Positions 51,066 to 60,567 of a DNA stretch of 64,000 nt are shown here, piece by piece. The translations under genes were made by a program, and so were the position numbers. The DNA is from an uncultured Chloroflexia bacterium (GTDB taxonomy: Bacteria; Chloroflexota; Limnocylindria; Limnocylindrales; CSP1-4): the NCBI GenBank assembly GCA_963766675.1, contig CAVYBA010000002.1, positions 220,624 to 284,623 of the forward strand. Direction: 5' to 3'. The notes under the pieces are model-generated. The model was not told the origin of the DNA. It ran no database searches and saw nothing but the letters and a program-made list of their open reading frames with translations. The stretch's first letter is position 1. Each line of letters starts with the position of its first letter.

Positions 51066-51752
51066 CTAGGTGGATGATCGTCCGGCCTGTTGGCGGACGT
51101 GGACGATGCGCTGGATGGTGGTGATGGTCGCGAGGATGGTGATGAGGGCGAGCGCGAGGGCGAGGACCTCGGCGCCGCCGCTTCCGTCGGTACTGCACGG
51201 CGGGCTGGACCCGGCACCGCAGATCCAACGGATTCCGCCGAGCATGCCCGTCCCGATGAGGCCGATGCTGAGGATGACGAGGCGGACCTCGCGCGGGGCC
51301 AGCCCGATCGACGCCATGCCCGTCCCGGCGGTGAACCCGAGACCCTCGGACTTGGCCCGCGTGTAGCTGACCATGACGGCCGATGCGAGGGCGGCTGCCG
51401 CGAGGACCGCCCCGTTGCCGAACCCGCCCGCGACGGAGCCGTAGGCGATCCCCACATAGACGACGCCTTCGCCCCAGCGATCGAACACCGAATCCATGAA
51501 CGCCCCGAGGTCGCTGACCCGGCCGGTCGCTCGGGCGAGCGTGCCGTCGAACATGTCGAAGACGCCGCCCAGGAAGATCACGACCCCGCCGGCCAGCCAG
51601 AGCTGTGCGGCGACGAGGATCGCCCCCACGACGGTGATCCCGAACCCGATCAGCGTAAGTGCGTCGGGCGTCAGGCCGAGCCGGCCCATCCCGACGGCGA
51701 TCGGCTCGAAGGCCTTCTTGACGCGCGCCCGGGAGTCGTTCGAGATGGTCAT
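51066..51752 (-). CDS. pgsA: CDP-alcohol phosphatidyltransferase (phosphatidylinositol-phosphate synthase-like)
   Basis: D-G-x2-A-R-x8-G-x3-D-x3-D motif ([27 protein letters not shown]), 5-6 TM. ino1-pgsA linkage as in PI-synthesising Actinobacteria. Confidence 0.85.
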   Translation of the reverse strand: MTISNDSRARVKKAFEPIAVGMGRLGLTPDALTLIGFGITVVGAILVAAQLWLAGGVVIFLGGVFDMFDGTLARATGRVSDLGAFMDSVFDRWGEGVVYVGIAYGSVAGGFGNGAVLAAAALASAVMVSYTRAKSEGLGFTAGTGMASIGLAPREVRLVILSIGLIGTGMLGGIRWICGAGSSPPCSTDGSGGAEVLALALALITILATITTIQRIVHVRQQAGRSST

Positions 51753-51754
51753 CG

Positions 51755-52069
51755 TCAGCCGGCGAACCCGAGGATCGCCCGCTCGCGAGCCGCGAACTCC
51801 GCGAACGCCTCGCCGCGCAGGCGGCAGACCGTCTCACGGCCGTTCCGGCGGGTTTCCACGACGCCCGCCGCCCGCAGCCGGCCGAGATGCCAGGAGACGA
51901 GCGGCTGTGACAGCCCGACGTGGTCGGTCAGCTCGGTCACGGTTGCCTCGCCGGCCACAAGCCGGCGCACGATCTTGAGCCGGTTGACATCGGCCATCGC
52001 CTTGTGGAAGACACGCAGCTGGCGCAGGTCCTCGGGCGGCGCGATCGCCGCCGCGATGGTGCTCCGCAC
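51755..52069 (-). CDS. ArsR/SmtB-family transcriptional regulator
   Basis: wHTH VTELTDHVGLSQPLVSWHLGRLRAAGVV. Confidence 0.8.
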   Translation of the reverse strand: MRSTIAAAIAPPEDLRQLRVFHKAMADVNRLKIVRRLVAGEATVTELTDHVGLSQPLVSWHLGRLRAAGVVETRRNGRETVCRLRGEAFAEFAARERAILGFAG

Positions 52070-52126
52070 GCGAGCTCGAGAGGGGGACAGGTGGGGACTC
52101 CGCTGTCGCGACGTGGTCGACGTATC

Positions 52127-52162
52127 GCATCAACCACGGTTTATATCAACCGAGGTTGATGC
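52127..52162 (+). promoter_or_regulatory. Perfect 9-bp inverted repeat GCATCAACC-N18-GGTTGATGC with an AT-rich centre (GGTTTATATCAACC) in the arsR/MFS divergent promoter region
   Basis: Seen directly in the sequence. Candidate ArsR-family operator overlapping a TATATC -10-like hexamer. Confidence 0.45.
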
Positions 52163-52274
52163 TAGGCGTGCGTTCGTGGGGTGTCAAGGGCCGCGGGACG
52201 AGCGGAGCCGGCGGACCGGCGGTCGTATCGGGCGACCAGCCCGCTCGCCGGGCCCTCGCAACTACACTCCCGGG

Positions 52275-53951
52275 ATGGACCGACGTTCGGCGTCCGTGCT
52301 CCTCGCCGTATTCGGCGTCGGGGTCTTCCTGGCCGGGCTCGAGCTGATGGTGACGGCCGTGGCGCTGCCGTCGATCCTGACCAACCTGGCCGGCACGACG
52401 AGCGCGACGGCGTGGGTCGAGCTCCGCAAGGCGAGCTGGATCGTCAACGGCTACCTGCTCGTCTACATCCTGGTCATGCCGCTCGCGGGTCGGCTGGCCG
52501 ACCTGTGGGGCACCCGCCGCCTGTTCATGGGCGCGCTCGCGGTGTTCGTCGTCGGATCCGCGCTGGCCGGTGCCGCCCAGGACCTCGATCAATTGATCGC
52601 GGCCCGGGTCGTCCAGGCCGTCGGTGGCGGCGTGCTCGTTCCGGTGGGCACGGCGGCAGCGTCCCACCTGTTCGCCGGCGCGGCCCGGCCCCGGGCCCTC
52701 GGCGTGATCGGGGCGCTCACCTTCCTCGGCATGGCGACGGGTCCGGTGGTCGGCGCCGCGATCCTCAGCTCCGTCCATGCCGACACCGCACTCGCGACCA
52801 TCGGCGCGGCTCCCGGCGACGCCTTGACCGCCCTCACCTCGTCGGCCTGGCGATGGGTGTTCTACCTGAACGTCCCGATCGGACTGGTGACCCTGCTCCT
52901 TGCCTGGGCGGCGTCGGCCGCCTGGGAGACCCCGCACCACCGGGGTCGCGTCGATGCGCCCGGGGCGGTCCTGTTTGGGCTGGCACTCCTCGGCGGGCTC
53001 GTCGGCCTGACCCTGATCGGGACACGCCAGCTCGCCGGGACCTCGATCGATCCGGGCCTCGTAACGGCCGCCCTGCTCGCGACTGCCGCGGTCGTGACGG
53101 CCATCGCCGTCGTTCGTGGGTTGCGCGTCAGCGATCCCTTCCTCGACCCGCGCCTGTTCCGGAGCGTGCCTTTCAGCTCGGCCGCCCTGGTGTCGCTGCT
53201 GACCGGCTACGGCTTTGCGACCGCGATCATCGGCGGCGCGGTGTTCGTGGATCGCGTGCTCTACGGCGGGCCGGACCAGCAGCGCCTGGCACTCGGAGCG
53301 CTGGCCGGGGCGACCGCCCTCGGCGCACTCGCATCCGGCTTCATCGTGAGGGTCGCGTCGCTCCGGCTGGTCACGCTCGGGGGTCTGGCACTGAGCGTCG
53401 TCGGCCTGTTGGCAATGGCGACCTGGCAGTCGGAGACGCCGATCGGGACGGTGGCCCTCGGGCTCGGCGCCTACGGGCTTGGCTTTGGGCTGACGGTGAC
53501 GCCGCGCTCCGCCGCCGCCGTCGAGGCGGCTGGGCGGCGGGCCTTTGGCGTGGCTTCAGCCGTGGTCACCGTGGCCCGGATGATCGGTATGGCGGTCGGG
53601 CTGGCGATCCTGACGGCGTACGGTTCGACCACGATCGACCGCCTGGCGGACCAGATCTATGCGACGCCGACCTCGTACCGGCAGTTCATCCCCGCGGACC
53701 TCCGCGACCGGCCGCTGAAGGACCCGTTCGTGGTGGATGCCCTGGAGTCCTGGGCGTCTCGCGAAGCCGCCGGGATCATGGTCGGGCTGTTCCTGGTCGC
53801 CGCGGCGGTGACGTTGGTGGCGGTGCCGCCGGCGCTGGCGCTCGGCGGTCGGCACGATCGACGGACGCGTATGCTGCGGGGCGATCTGCCAGACGCCGAA
53901 GGACACGACGCCGATGGTCGCGACGCAGCCGAACCTGGACTTGCCCTCTAG
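52275..53951 (+). CDS. MFS transporter, 14-TM DHA2 (drug:H+ antiporter) family
   Basis: MFS motif A (PLAGRLADLWGTRRL), 14 hydrophobic helices. The ORF-track N-terminal extension (from 51090) is antisense noise. Confidence 0.8.
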   Translation: MDRRSASVLLAVFGVGVFLAGLELMVTAVALPSILTNLAGTTSATAWVELRKASWIVNGYLLVYILVMPLAGRLADLWGTRRLFMGALAVFVVGSALAGAAQDLDQLIAARVVQAVGGGVLVPVGTAAASHLFAGAARPRALGVIGALTFLGMATGPVVGAAILSSVHADTALATIGAAPGDALTALTSSAWRWVFYLNVPIGLVTLLLAWAASAAWETPHHRGRVDAPGAVLFGLALLGGLVGLTLIGTRQLAGTSIDPGLVTAALLATAAVVTAIAVVRGLRVSDPFLDPRLFRSVPFSSAALVSLLTGYGFATAIIGGAVFVDRVLYGGPDQQRLALGALAGATALGALASGFIVRVASLRLVTLGGLALSVVGLLAMATWQSETPIGTVALGLGAYGLGFGLTVTPRSAAAVEAAGRRAFGVASAVVTVARMIGMAVGLAILTAYGSTTIDRLADQIYATPTSYRQFIPADLRDRPLKDPFVVDALESWASREAAGIMVGLFLVAAAVTLVAVPPALALGGRHDRRTRMLRGDLPDAEGHDADGRDAAEPGLAL

Positions 53952-54969
53952 TCCCGCGGGCGGGTCGATCCCCGCCGCCATCGCGCAGGGGACGATCCGC
54001 GTCTCGGTCTCGACCGCCGACGGGGCCGAGGGCGCCGCCCGCGAGATCCAGGGCGGCGATGCCCTGGCCGCCCTTCCCGGGCTGTGCCGAGAGCCGGGCG
54101 CGTCTGTCTGGGTGGACCTGACGACCCCGACAGCGGAGCAGGCGCAGCGCGTCGGCGAGGCCCTGGCGCTCCACCCGCTGATCGTCGAGGACGTGCTCGA
54201 AGGGAATCAACGGGCCAAGATCGAGACGACGGACGGCGTCATCCACGTCGTCCTCTTCCACCTGACCTACGACGAGCGGGTGGAGACCTCGGAGCTGGAC
54301 ATCGTCCTGGGACCGGGCTACCTGCTCACGGTCCACGGGCCGAACTGGGATCCAAGGCGGTCGAACAAGCTCCGCTCCGGGATCGGACCGGTCCTCCGTC
54401 ATGGCCCCGATCACCTGCTCTGGGCGCTGGCCGACGACATCGTCGACGGCTACTTCCCGTTCGCCGACCGGCTCGGCGACGCGATCGATGCCGTCCAGGA
54501 CGAGGTGGTCCGGAAGGCCACGCCGGCCGTGCTGGAACAGCTGTTCCTGCTGAAGCGGGAGCTCATCGAGGTGCGCCGCGCCGTCAGCCCGGTGCGCGAG
54601 GTCTTCAACCAGCTGACCAACCGCGACATCGCGCTCATCGACGAGGATGAACTGGTCTACTACCGCGACATCTACGACCACATCATCCGGCTGACCGACG
54701 AGCTGGACAACTACCGCGAGCTCGCGTCGGCGACCCTCGACGTCTACCTCAGCACGATCAACAACAACCTGTCGATCATCATGAAGCGGCTGACCGGCGT
54801 GACGGTCATCCTGGCCGGGATGGGGGCGGTGGCCGGGATCTTCGGGATGAGCGAAGCAGGGACGGCGCTCGGTGGCGCGGAGGCGCCCGGGTTCTGGCTG
54901 GTGACCTCGATCACGGTCGGGATCGCCGCCGCCGCGGCCGTCGTGCTGCGGCGGATCGACTGGATCTAG
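53914..54969 (+). CDS. corA: CorA-family divalent cation transporter (GMS variant of the GMN motif)
   Basis: Cytoplasmic CorA domain and two C-terminal TM helices. Signature reads IFGMSE instead of YGMNF, and the periplasmic loop is longer than usual. Confidence 0.75.
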   Translation: MVATQPNLDLPSSPAGGSIPAAIAQGTIRVSVSTADGAEGAAREIQGGDALAALPGLCREPGASVWVDLTTPTAEQAQRVGEALALHPLIVEDVLEGNQRAKIETTDGVIHVVLFHLTYDERVETSELDIVLGPGYLLTVHGPNWDPRRSNKLRSGIGPVLRHGPDHLLWALADDIVDGYFPFADRLGDAIDAVQDEVVRKATPAVLEQLFLLKRELIEVRRAVSPVREVFNQLTNRDIALIDEDELVYYRDIYDHIIRLTDELDNYRELASATLDVYLSTINNNLSIIMKRLTGVTVILAGMGAVAGIFGMSEAGTALGGAEAPGFWLVTSITVGIAAAAAVVLRRIDWI

Positions 54970-55871
54970 CCGGCCTCCCGGTCCAGCGCGCGAGCGATCC
55001 AGGCAAGCAGCCGGGCCGCCTGGAACGGGGTTGCGAGCACCACGTCCGCGCCGTGGCGCACCTCGTCGGGCATGCCGTGCGGCCCGACGACGCCGACCGC
55101 CAGCGCATCCAGCCCGCCGGCCTCGCGGGCGGCACGCAGGACCGAGAACGCATCGACGTCGCTCAAGTCGTCGCCGATGGCGATCGCGGCCGCCGGCCGC
55201 AGTTCCTCGAGCAGGCGCTCGAGCGCCTCGCGCTTGCCGCCCGCCGTGCGTGGGCGAAGGTCCACCACCAGCCGGCCCCGGTAGTGGACCAGGTCGTGCG
55301 GCGGCAGGTCGCGGTCGATCGTCTCGATGGCCGCCTCCACCGCCGATCGGGCCGTGACCCGGTCCTCCGCCTGGCGCACGTGGAACGCGACCGACGGGCC
55401 CTTCCGCTCGACGTACAACCACGCGGGCGACCCCAGCAATCGTGGCACGCGCTCGGCCAGAATCTGCGCCGGTTCGAGCGAGGCCTCGTGGCCGGCGACG
55501 ATCGTCGTGAGGACACGTTCCGCGGCCACGCCACGCGGGTACATCCCTGCCTGGAGCCCGTGGTCGCCGAGATAGCGGATCCCCCCGACCCGGACACGCA
55601 CCGCCACGTCCGCCACCGCGCGGCCGGTCAGAATGGCGACGGCGAGCCGATCGGGTCGGACCAGCTCGACGCGGGCCAGCCGGCGCAGGGCCCGACGGGC
55701 GAGCGGCACGATCGTCGCCGCCCCCGGGTCGTTCGATCCTTCCGCCAGTGTCCCGTCGAAGTCCGACACGATCAGGAGCCGCCCCGGCCGGCCGAGGAGC
55801 CGCTCTAGTCGGAACCGGCCGGCGTTTCCGCGCGGTGACGGCGCGGGGCGGTCGGTCCGGTCGCCGGTCAA
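54966..55871 (-). CDS. otsB: Trehalose-6-phosphate phosphatase (HAD-IIB)
   Basis: LLIVSDFDGTLA, GDDLSDVDAF HAD motifs. TTG start proposed (no in-frame ATG). The ORF-track extension to 57023 is non-coding. Confidence 0.7.
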   Translation of the reverse strand: MTGDRTDRPAPSPRGNAGRFRLERLLGRPGRLLIVSDFDGTLAEGSNDPGAATIVPLARRALRRLARVELVRPDRLAVAILTGRAVADVAVRVRVGGIRYLGDHGLQAGMYPRGVAAERVLTTIVAGHEASLEPAQILAERVPRLLGSPAWLYVERKGPSVAFHVRQAEDRVTARSAVEAAIETIDRDLPPHDLVHYRGRLVVDLRPRTAGGKREALERLLEELRPAAAIAIGDDLSDVDAFSVLRAAREAGGLDALAVGVVGPHGMPDEVRHGADVVLATPFQAARLLAWIARALDREAG

Positions 55872-56551
55872 GGCGTGACGTCCACCCCGGGCAGGATCGA
55901 CTGGAGGCCGTGGACCATCGCGTCCGCGCCGATCCCGCCGGCCGCCCCATCCCGGACGACACCATTGGCATCGATCCAGAAGTGCACCGGGAGGGCTACA
56001 GCGCCCCACCGAGCGGACGCCTGGCCGTCGGCATCGAGGCCGAGCGGGAACGTCGCGTTCAGCCGCTGGGCGAAGCTGGCGACGGTGCCCTCGTCCTCGC
56101 GGACGTCGACCGCGATGAGCACCAGTCCGGCGCCGGCGTAGCGGGCCGCGAAGCCGTTCATCAACGGGAATTCGTCCTGGCACGGCGGGCACCAGGTGGC
56201 CATGAAGTTGATCCACACGGGCTTGCCCTTGAGCGAGGCAAGGTCGATCGCGCCCCCGCCGACCTGCGGGACCATGAGCGCCGGAGCCGGCTCGCCGACG
56301 TGGAAGGCGGAGCCCGACGGAGCGCTCGCGTCCGCCGCGGTCGCCTCGTTCGAAGCCGTCGCCGACGCGCCTGCCGTGGTCGCGGCGGCCGAAGCTTCGG
56401 CCGAGGCCGGGGTCGAAGCCTCGGCCCTCGACGGGGCCGGAGTCGGCGCCGAGACGGGTTCGGGGGCCAGGACGAGCAGGCCCAGCAGCAGGATGGCCGC
56501 CACGCCGACGCCGGCGAGCAGCCCGGCGGCGGTTGCAAATCGGGGCCCCAT
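55868..56551 (-). CDS. Membrane-anchored thiol:disulfide oxidoreductase (TlpA/ResA-like thioredoxin fold)
   Basis: N-terminal TM, Ala/Ser/Pro-rich linker, WCPPC active site. Confidence 0.8.
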   Translation of the reverse strand: MGPRFATAAGLLAGVGVAAILLLGLLVLAPEPVSAPTPAPSRAEASTPASAEASAAATTAGASATASNEATAADASAPSGSAFHVGEPAPALMVPQVGGGAIDLASLKGKPVWINFMATWCPPCQDEFPLMNGFAARYAGAGLVLIAVDVREDEGTVASFAQRLNATFPLGLDADGQASARWGAVALPVHFWIDANGVVRDGAAGGIGADAMVHGLQSILPGVDVTP

Positions 56552-56621
56552 CGCTGCGGAGGGTACCAGTACGAGCGGCCGGGGGGCGGTCGCCCGGGGC
56601 CGCTGCTAGCATTCCGCTCCC

Positions 56622-57335
56622 ATGGCCGACCTCGCGGATCGGATCCGCACCCGACTCGTTCCGGCGCTGCTGACCGCGTTCGGCGTGACGCTGCTGGCGG
56701 GCGGCCTGCTGTCGCTGACGAGCGGCGTGACTGCCGATGCGCTGGCCAGTGCGCCTCCCTCGGCCACCACGGCCACTGGTTCGCCGTCCCCCTCGCCGCT
56801 CATCACGCTGCCGCCGCTCGACTCCGGTGCCCTGCCCACCGCGTCGCCGACGGCACCGGCCGACCGCGTGGCGACCCGGATCCGGATCGCGGCACTCAAG
56901 ATCGACCTGCCGATCGTCGCTCCACCGCCGGGTGCCAACGCCTACCCGTACTGCAACGTTGCGATGTACCTGACGGACCTCGGGCAGCCCGGCCAGGGGC
57001 GGGCCACGTACCTGTACGCCCATGCCCGGGCCGGCATGTTCCTGCCGTTGCTCACGGCGTCACTCGTGCAAGACGGCAAGAGCATGATCGGGATGGTGGT
57101 CGAGGTCTGGACGAGCGACAACCAGCGCTTCCTGTACGACATCACCGAGGTCCGGCGGCACCAGACCGATCTCAGCGAGGCGGCCAATGCGAAGACCGAG
57201 CAGCTCTGGCTGCAGACCTCGGAAGGGCCGCACGGCACGATCCCCAAGCTCCAGGTCGTCGCCGAGCCGCTGTCCCAGGAAGCCGCGGACCCGGCCGACG
57301 CGCATCCGGTGGCGAAACCGCTCGTCTGCGGCTGA
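56622..57335 (+). CDS. Sortase-fold (class E/F-like) membrane-anchored protein lacking the catalytic cysteine
   Basis: N-terminal TM, Pro-rich linker, then RIRIAALKIDLPIVAPP...YLYAHARAGMF...MIGMVVEVWTSDNQRFLYDITEV, which parallels sortase beta-barrel motifs. The TLxTC position reads LWLQTSEGP (Ser, not Cys). Confidence 0.5.
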   Translation: MADLADRIRTRLVPALLTAFGVTLLAGGLLSLTSGVTADALASAPPSATTATGSPSPSPLITLPPLDSGALPTASPTAPADRVATRIRIAALKIDLPIVAPPPGANAYPYCNVAMYLTDLGQPGQGRATYLYAHARAGMFLPLLTASLVQDGKSMIGMVVEVWTSDNQRFLYDITEVRRHQTDLSEAANAKTEQLWLQTSEGPHGTIPKLQVVAEPLSQEAADPADAHPVAKPLVCG

Positions 57336-57431
57336 CGGTCCTGCCGGCCAGGCCGAGGCCGGTGGGCGGCCGCGGCACGGGCCCTCGGGCGATTGCCCTT
57401 GGGCGATGGGGAAATGGGACGCCGCGCCCGC

Positions 57432-58910
57432 TCAGGTGATGATCAGCGCCTGTGCCGCGTGCCCGGCTGCCTCGAGCACCGCGCTCGGGAAGAAGCCGAG
57501 CAGGATGGTCAGGACGGTGGCGACGGCCAGCCCGGCCCACAGCAGCGCGCCGTGGCGCATGACCTGCGGTTCCGTCGCCGGCTCGCGCATGAACATGTAG
57601 ACGACCACGCGCAGGTAGTAGAAGGCAGCGACCGCGGCGTTGAGGACGGTGATCACGGCCAGCGTGGTCAGCGGCCCGCCCGCCTGGACCGCGGCGATGA
57701 TCACGTTCGCCTTGGCGAAGAACCCCGCGGTCGGGGGGATGCCGGTCAGCGACAGCAGGAACAGGGTCATCAGGATGCCGAGCCACGGTTCGCGCCGGCC
57801 GAGCCCCGCGAATGTCGCCAGCGCGGACGTCACGCCCGCCCGTTTCTGCAATGCTGCGATCACGGCGAACGCCCCGAGGTTCATGAACGCGTAGGCGACG
57901 CCGTAGAACAGCAGGGCCTCGAGGCCGTCGATCCGACCCTCCGGGTCGCCCGCCCAGGCCGCCAGCCCGACCAGCATGTAGCCGGTGTGGGCGATCGAGC
58001 TGTAGGCCAGCATCCGCTTGACGTTGTCCTGCGTCAGCGCCACGAGGTTTCCGAGCGTCATCGTCAGCGTCGCGAGGACGATCATCACCGGGAGCCACCA
58101 CTCGGACAGCGGCCCCAGCGTCTCCACGAACAGGCGCAGGATCAGCGCGAAGGCGCCGACCTTGGGCAGGACCGACAGGTAGCCGGTGATCGGCGTCGGC
58201 GAGCCCTGGTAGGCATCCGGCGTCCAGTAGTGGAATGGCACCGCGGCGATCTTGAACGCCACGCCCGTCGTCATGAACGCCAGCCCCATCGCCAGTCCCG
58301 GCGACAGCGGTGCGGTCCCGGCGACGATTGCCGACAGTGCCGCAGCGACCTCGTCGACCCGGGTCGTCCCGGTCAGGCCCCAGACGAACGCGAGCCCGAA
58401 CAGGAAGATCGCCGAACTGAACGATCCGAGCAGGAAGTACTTGATGGCCCCTTCGGTCGAATAGGCGTCGGTCTTGTGGAAGGCGGCCAGCATGTAGCCG
58501 GGCAGCACCATCAGCTCGAGGCCGAGGAACAGGACCAGGAGGTCGGTCGAGGCGGCGATCAGCATCGCCCCGGACATCGCGAAGACCAGGATCGTGGCGT
58601 ACTCCGCGACCGGCAGGTTGCGCGGAACCAGGTAGTCCGGCCCGAAGACCACGGTCATGGCAATGATCGCGATGAACAGGAGGTCGAGGAACGTCGTCAG
58701 GGCGTCGACGCGATAGGCGCCGTCGAAGGCGCTTCCTGGCGACGCGCCGGCGGCGACGGTCAGTCCGGCGGTGATCGCCAGCCCGACCAGGGCGCTGGCG
58801 ACGGCGACGGGCGGGCGGCCCGGCCGAATGAGGTCGATGACCATGATCCCGCAGGCGGTCAGGATCCCGGCCACCAGCGGGGCGATCGTCACGAAGTCCT
58901 GCCAGCTCAA
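57432..58910 (-). CDS. nuoN: NADH-quinone oxidoreductase subunit N
   Basis: 14-TM antiporter-like subunit. Last gene of the nuo operon. Confidence 0.88.
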   Translation of the reverse strand: MSWQDFVTIAPLVAGILTACGIMVIDLIRPGRPPVAVASALVGLAITAGLTVAAGASPGSAFDGAYRVDALTTFLDLLFIAIIAMTVVFGPDYLVPRNLPVAEYATILVFAMSGAMLIAASTDLLVLFLGLELMVLPGYMLAAFHKTDAYSTEGAIKYFLLGSFSSAIFLFGLAFVWGLTGTTRVDEVAAALSAIVAGTAPLSPGLAMGLAFMTTGVAFKIAAVPFHYWTPDAYQGSPTPITGYLSVLPKVGAFALILRLFVETLGPLSEWWLPVMIVLATLTMTLGNLVALTQDNVKRMLAYSSIAHTGYMLVGLAAWAGDPEGRIDGLEALLFYGVAYAFMNLGAFAVIAALQKRAGVTSALATFAGLGRREPWLGILMTLFLLSLTGIPPTAGFFAKANVIIAAVQAGGPLTTLAVITVLNAAVAAFYYLRVVVYMFMREPATEPQVMRHGALLWAGLAVATVLTILLGFFPSAVLEAAGHAAQALIIT

Positions 58911-60565
58911 TGAGCGGCCCCGCCTTCCATCGTCGGCACCGCGGTCGCGCCGGGCGAGGGCCGCATGAGCGCCCAGCCGACCCGGGCGAGGATTCCGACG
59001 ACCAGCAGCCCGATGGCGGCCAAGACGACCTCGGTCGGGATGGCGATGGGCGGCGCGGGGCGCACGGCGTTCAGCGTCTCGATGGTCGTGCTCGAGAACA
59101 GGTTCAGCACCAGTCCCGGCTGGAGCCCGAAGACAACGACGAGCGCGCCCAGCGGGACCAAGGTCAGGATCTCGACCGGCTCCATGTCGGTCAGGTGGTC
59201 GCCGAGGCCGGCCAGGAAGTCGGACAGCTCGCCGAACACGATCCGCTGGAACATGAACAACAGGTAGGCGGCGGCCAGGATCATCACGAAGGTGGCGACG
59301 GCCGCGGCGTACGGGTTGGCCGTGAACGTCCCGACCAGGACCAGGAACTCGCCGACGAACCCGGACAACCCGGGCAGGCCACCCGAGGCGAACACGAAGA
59401 ACCCGAAGACGGCCGCCCAGACCGGCATCCCGGCGGCCAGCCCGCCCATCTTGGCGATCGTCCGGTCATGGGTCCGTTCGTAGAACACGCCGACGAGGAG
59501 GAACAGGGCACCGGTGATCAGGCCGTGGTTCACCATCTGGAGCACCGCCCCCTGGAGACCCTGTTCGGTGAACACGAAGATCCCGAGGGTGACGAAGCCC
59601 ATGTGGCTGACCGACGAGTAGGCGACGAGGCGCTTGAGATCGGGCTGGACGAGCGCGACGATGGCCCCGTAGATGATCGCGATCAGCGACAGGACGATGA
59701 TCGCCGGGGCGAACGTCTGGGCGGCCGACGGAAACAGCGGAACGGCGAACCGGATGAACCCGTAGGCGCCCAACTTCAGCATGACTGCCGCCAGGATCAC
59801 GGAGCCCGCGGTCGGCGCCTCGGTGTGTGCGTCGGGCAGCCAGGTGTGGAACGGGAACATCGGGACCTTGATGGCGAAGGCCAGGAAGAACGCAAGGAAC
59901 GCGGCCAGCTGGAGACCGTCGCTGAACCCGCCCGTCGCCGCGAAGCCACGCAGCCCTTCGAAGTCGAAGGCGCCCACCCACGAGCCGTTGTGGGAGGCCT
60001 GGTAGGCGTACGCCGTGGCCAGGATCGCGACCAGCATGAGCAGTGACCCGACCAGGGTGTAGAGGACGAACTTGATCGTCGCGTAGATCCGGTTGGCGCC
60101 GCCCCAGATCCCGATGATCAGGTACATCGGGACGAGCACGATCTCCCAGAAGATGTAGAACAGGAAGGTGTCGAGCGCCACGAACACGCCGATCATCCCG
60201 ACCTCGAGGACGAGGAAGGAGATCATGTACTCCTTGATCCGGGTCTGGATCGGCTTGAAGCTGGCCAGGATCGCGATCCAGGACAACGTCGTAGTCAGGA
60301 CGACCAGCGCCACCGACAACCCGTCGGCGCCGACCTTGTACTGGATCCCGAAGAACGGGATCCAGTCCGCCACCTCGCCGTACTGGAACCCGGGTCGGCC
60401 GGGCAGGTAGCCGACCAGCAGCAGCAGCGAGGCGACCCACGTCAGGAGGGCAAAGATCAGGGCGAGGGGCCGGGCGGCGGACGCCGGGCTGAAGCCCACG
60501 GCAAGCGCCCCGACCAGGGGCAGGAAGATGATGACCGACAGGAGCGGGATGCTCGACACGTCCAT
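58907..60565 (-). CDS. nuoM: NADH-quinone oxidoreductase subunit M
   Basis: Start MDVSSIPLLSVIIFLP at 60565 (the ORF-track extension is non-coding). Conserved NuoM motifs. Confidence 0.88.
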   Translation of the reverse strand: MDVSSIPLLSVIIFLPLVGALAVGFSPASAARPLALIFALLTWVASLLLLVGYLPGRPGFQYGEVADWIPFFGIQYKVGADGLSVALVVLTTTLSWIAILASFKPIQTRIKEYMISFLVLEVGMIGVFVALDTFLFYIFWEIVLVPMYLIIGIWGGANRIYATIKFVLYTLVGSLLMLVAILATAYAYQASHNGSWVGAFDFEGLRGFAATGGFSDGLQLAAFLAFFLAFAIKVPMFPFHTWLPDAHTEAPTAGSVILAAVMLKLGAYGFIRFAVPLFPSAAQTFAPAIIVLSLIAIIYGAIVALVQPDLKRLVAYSSVSHMGFVTLGIFVFTEQGLQGAVLQMVNHGLITGALFLLVGVFYERTHDRTIAKMGGLAAGMPVWAAVFGFFVFASGGLPGLSGFVGEFLVLVGTFTANPYAAAVATFVMILAAAYLLFMFQRIVFGELSDFLAGLGDHLTDMEPVEILTLVPLGALVVVFGLQPGLVLNLFSSTTIETLNAVRPAPPIAIPTEVVLAAIGLLVVGILARVGWALMRPSPGATAVPTMEGGAAH

Positions 60566-60567
60566 CG

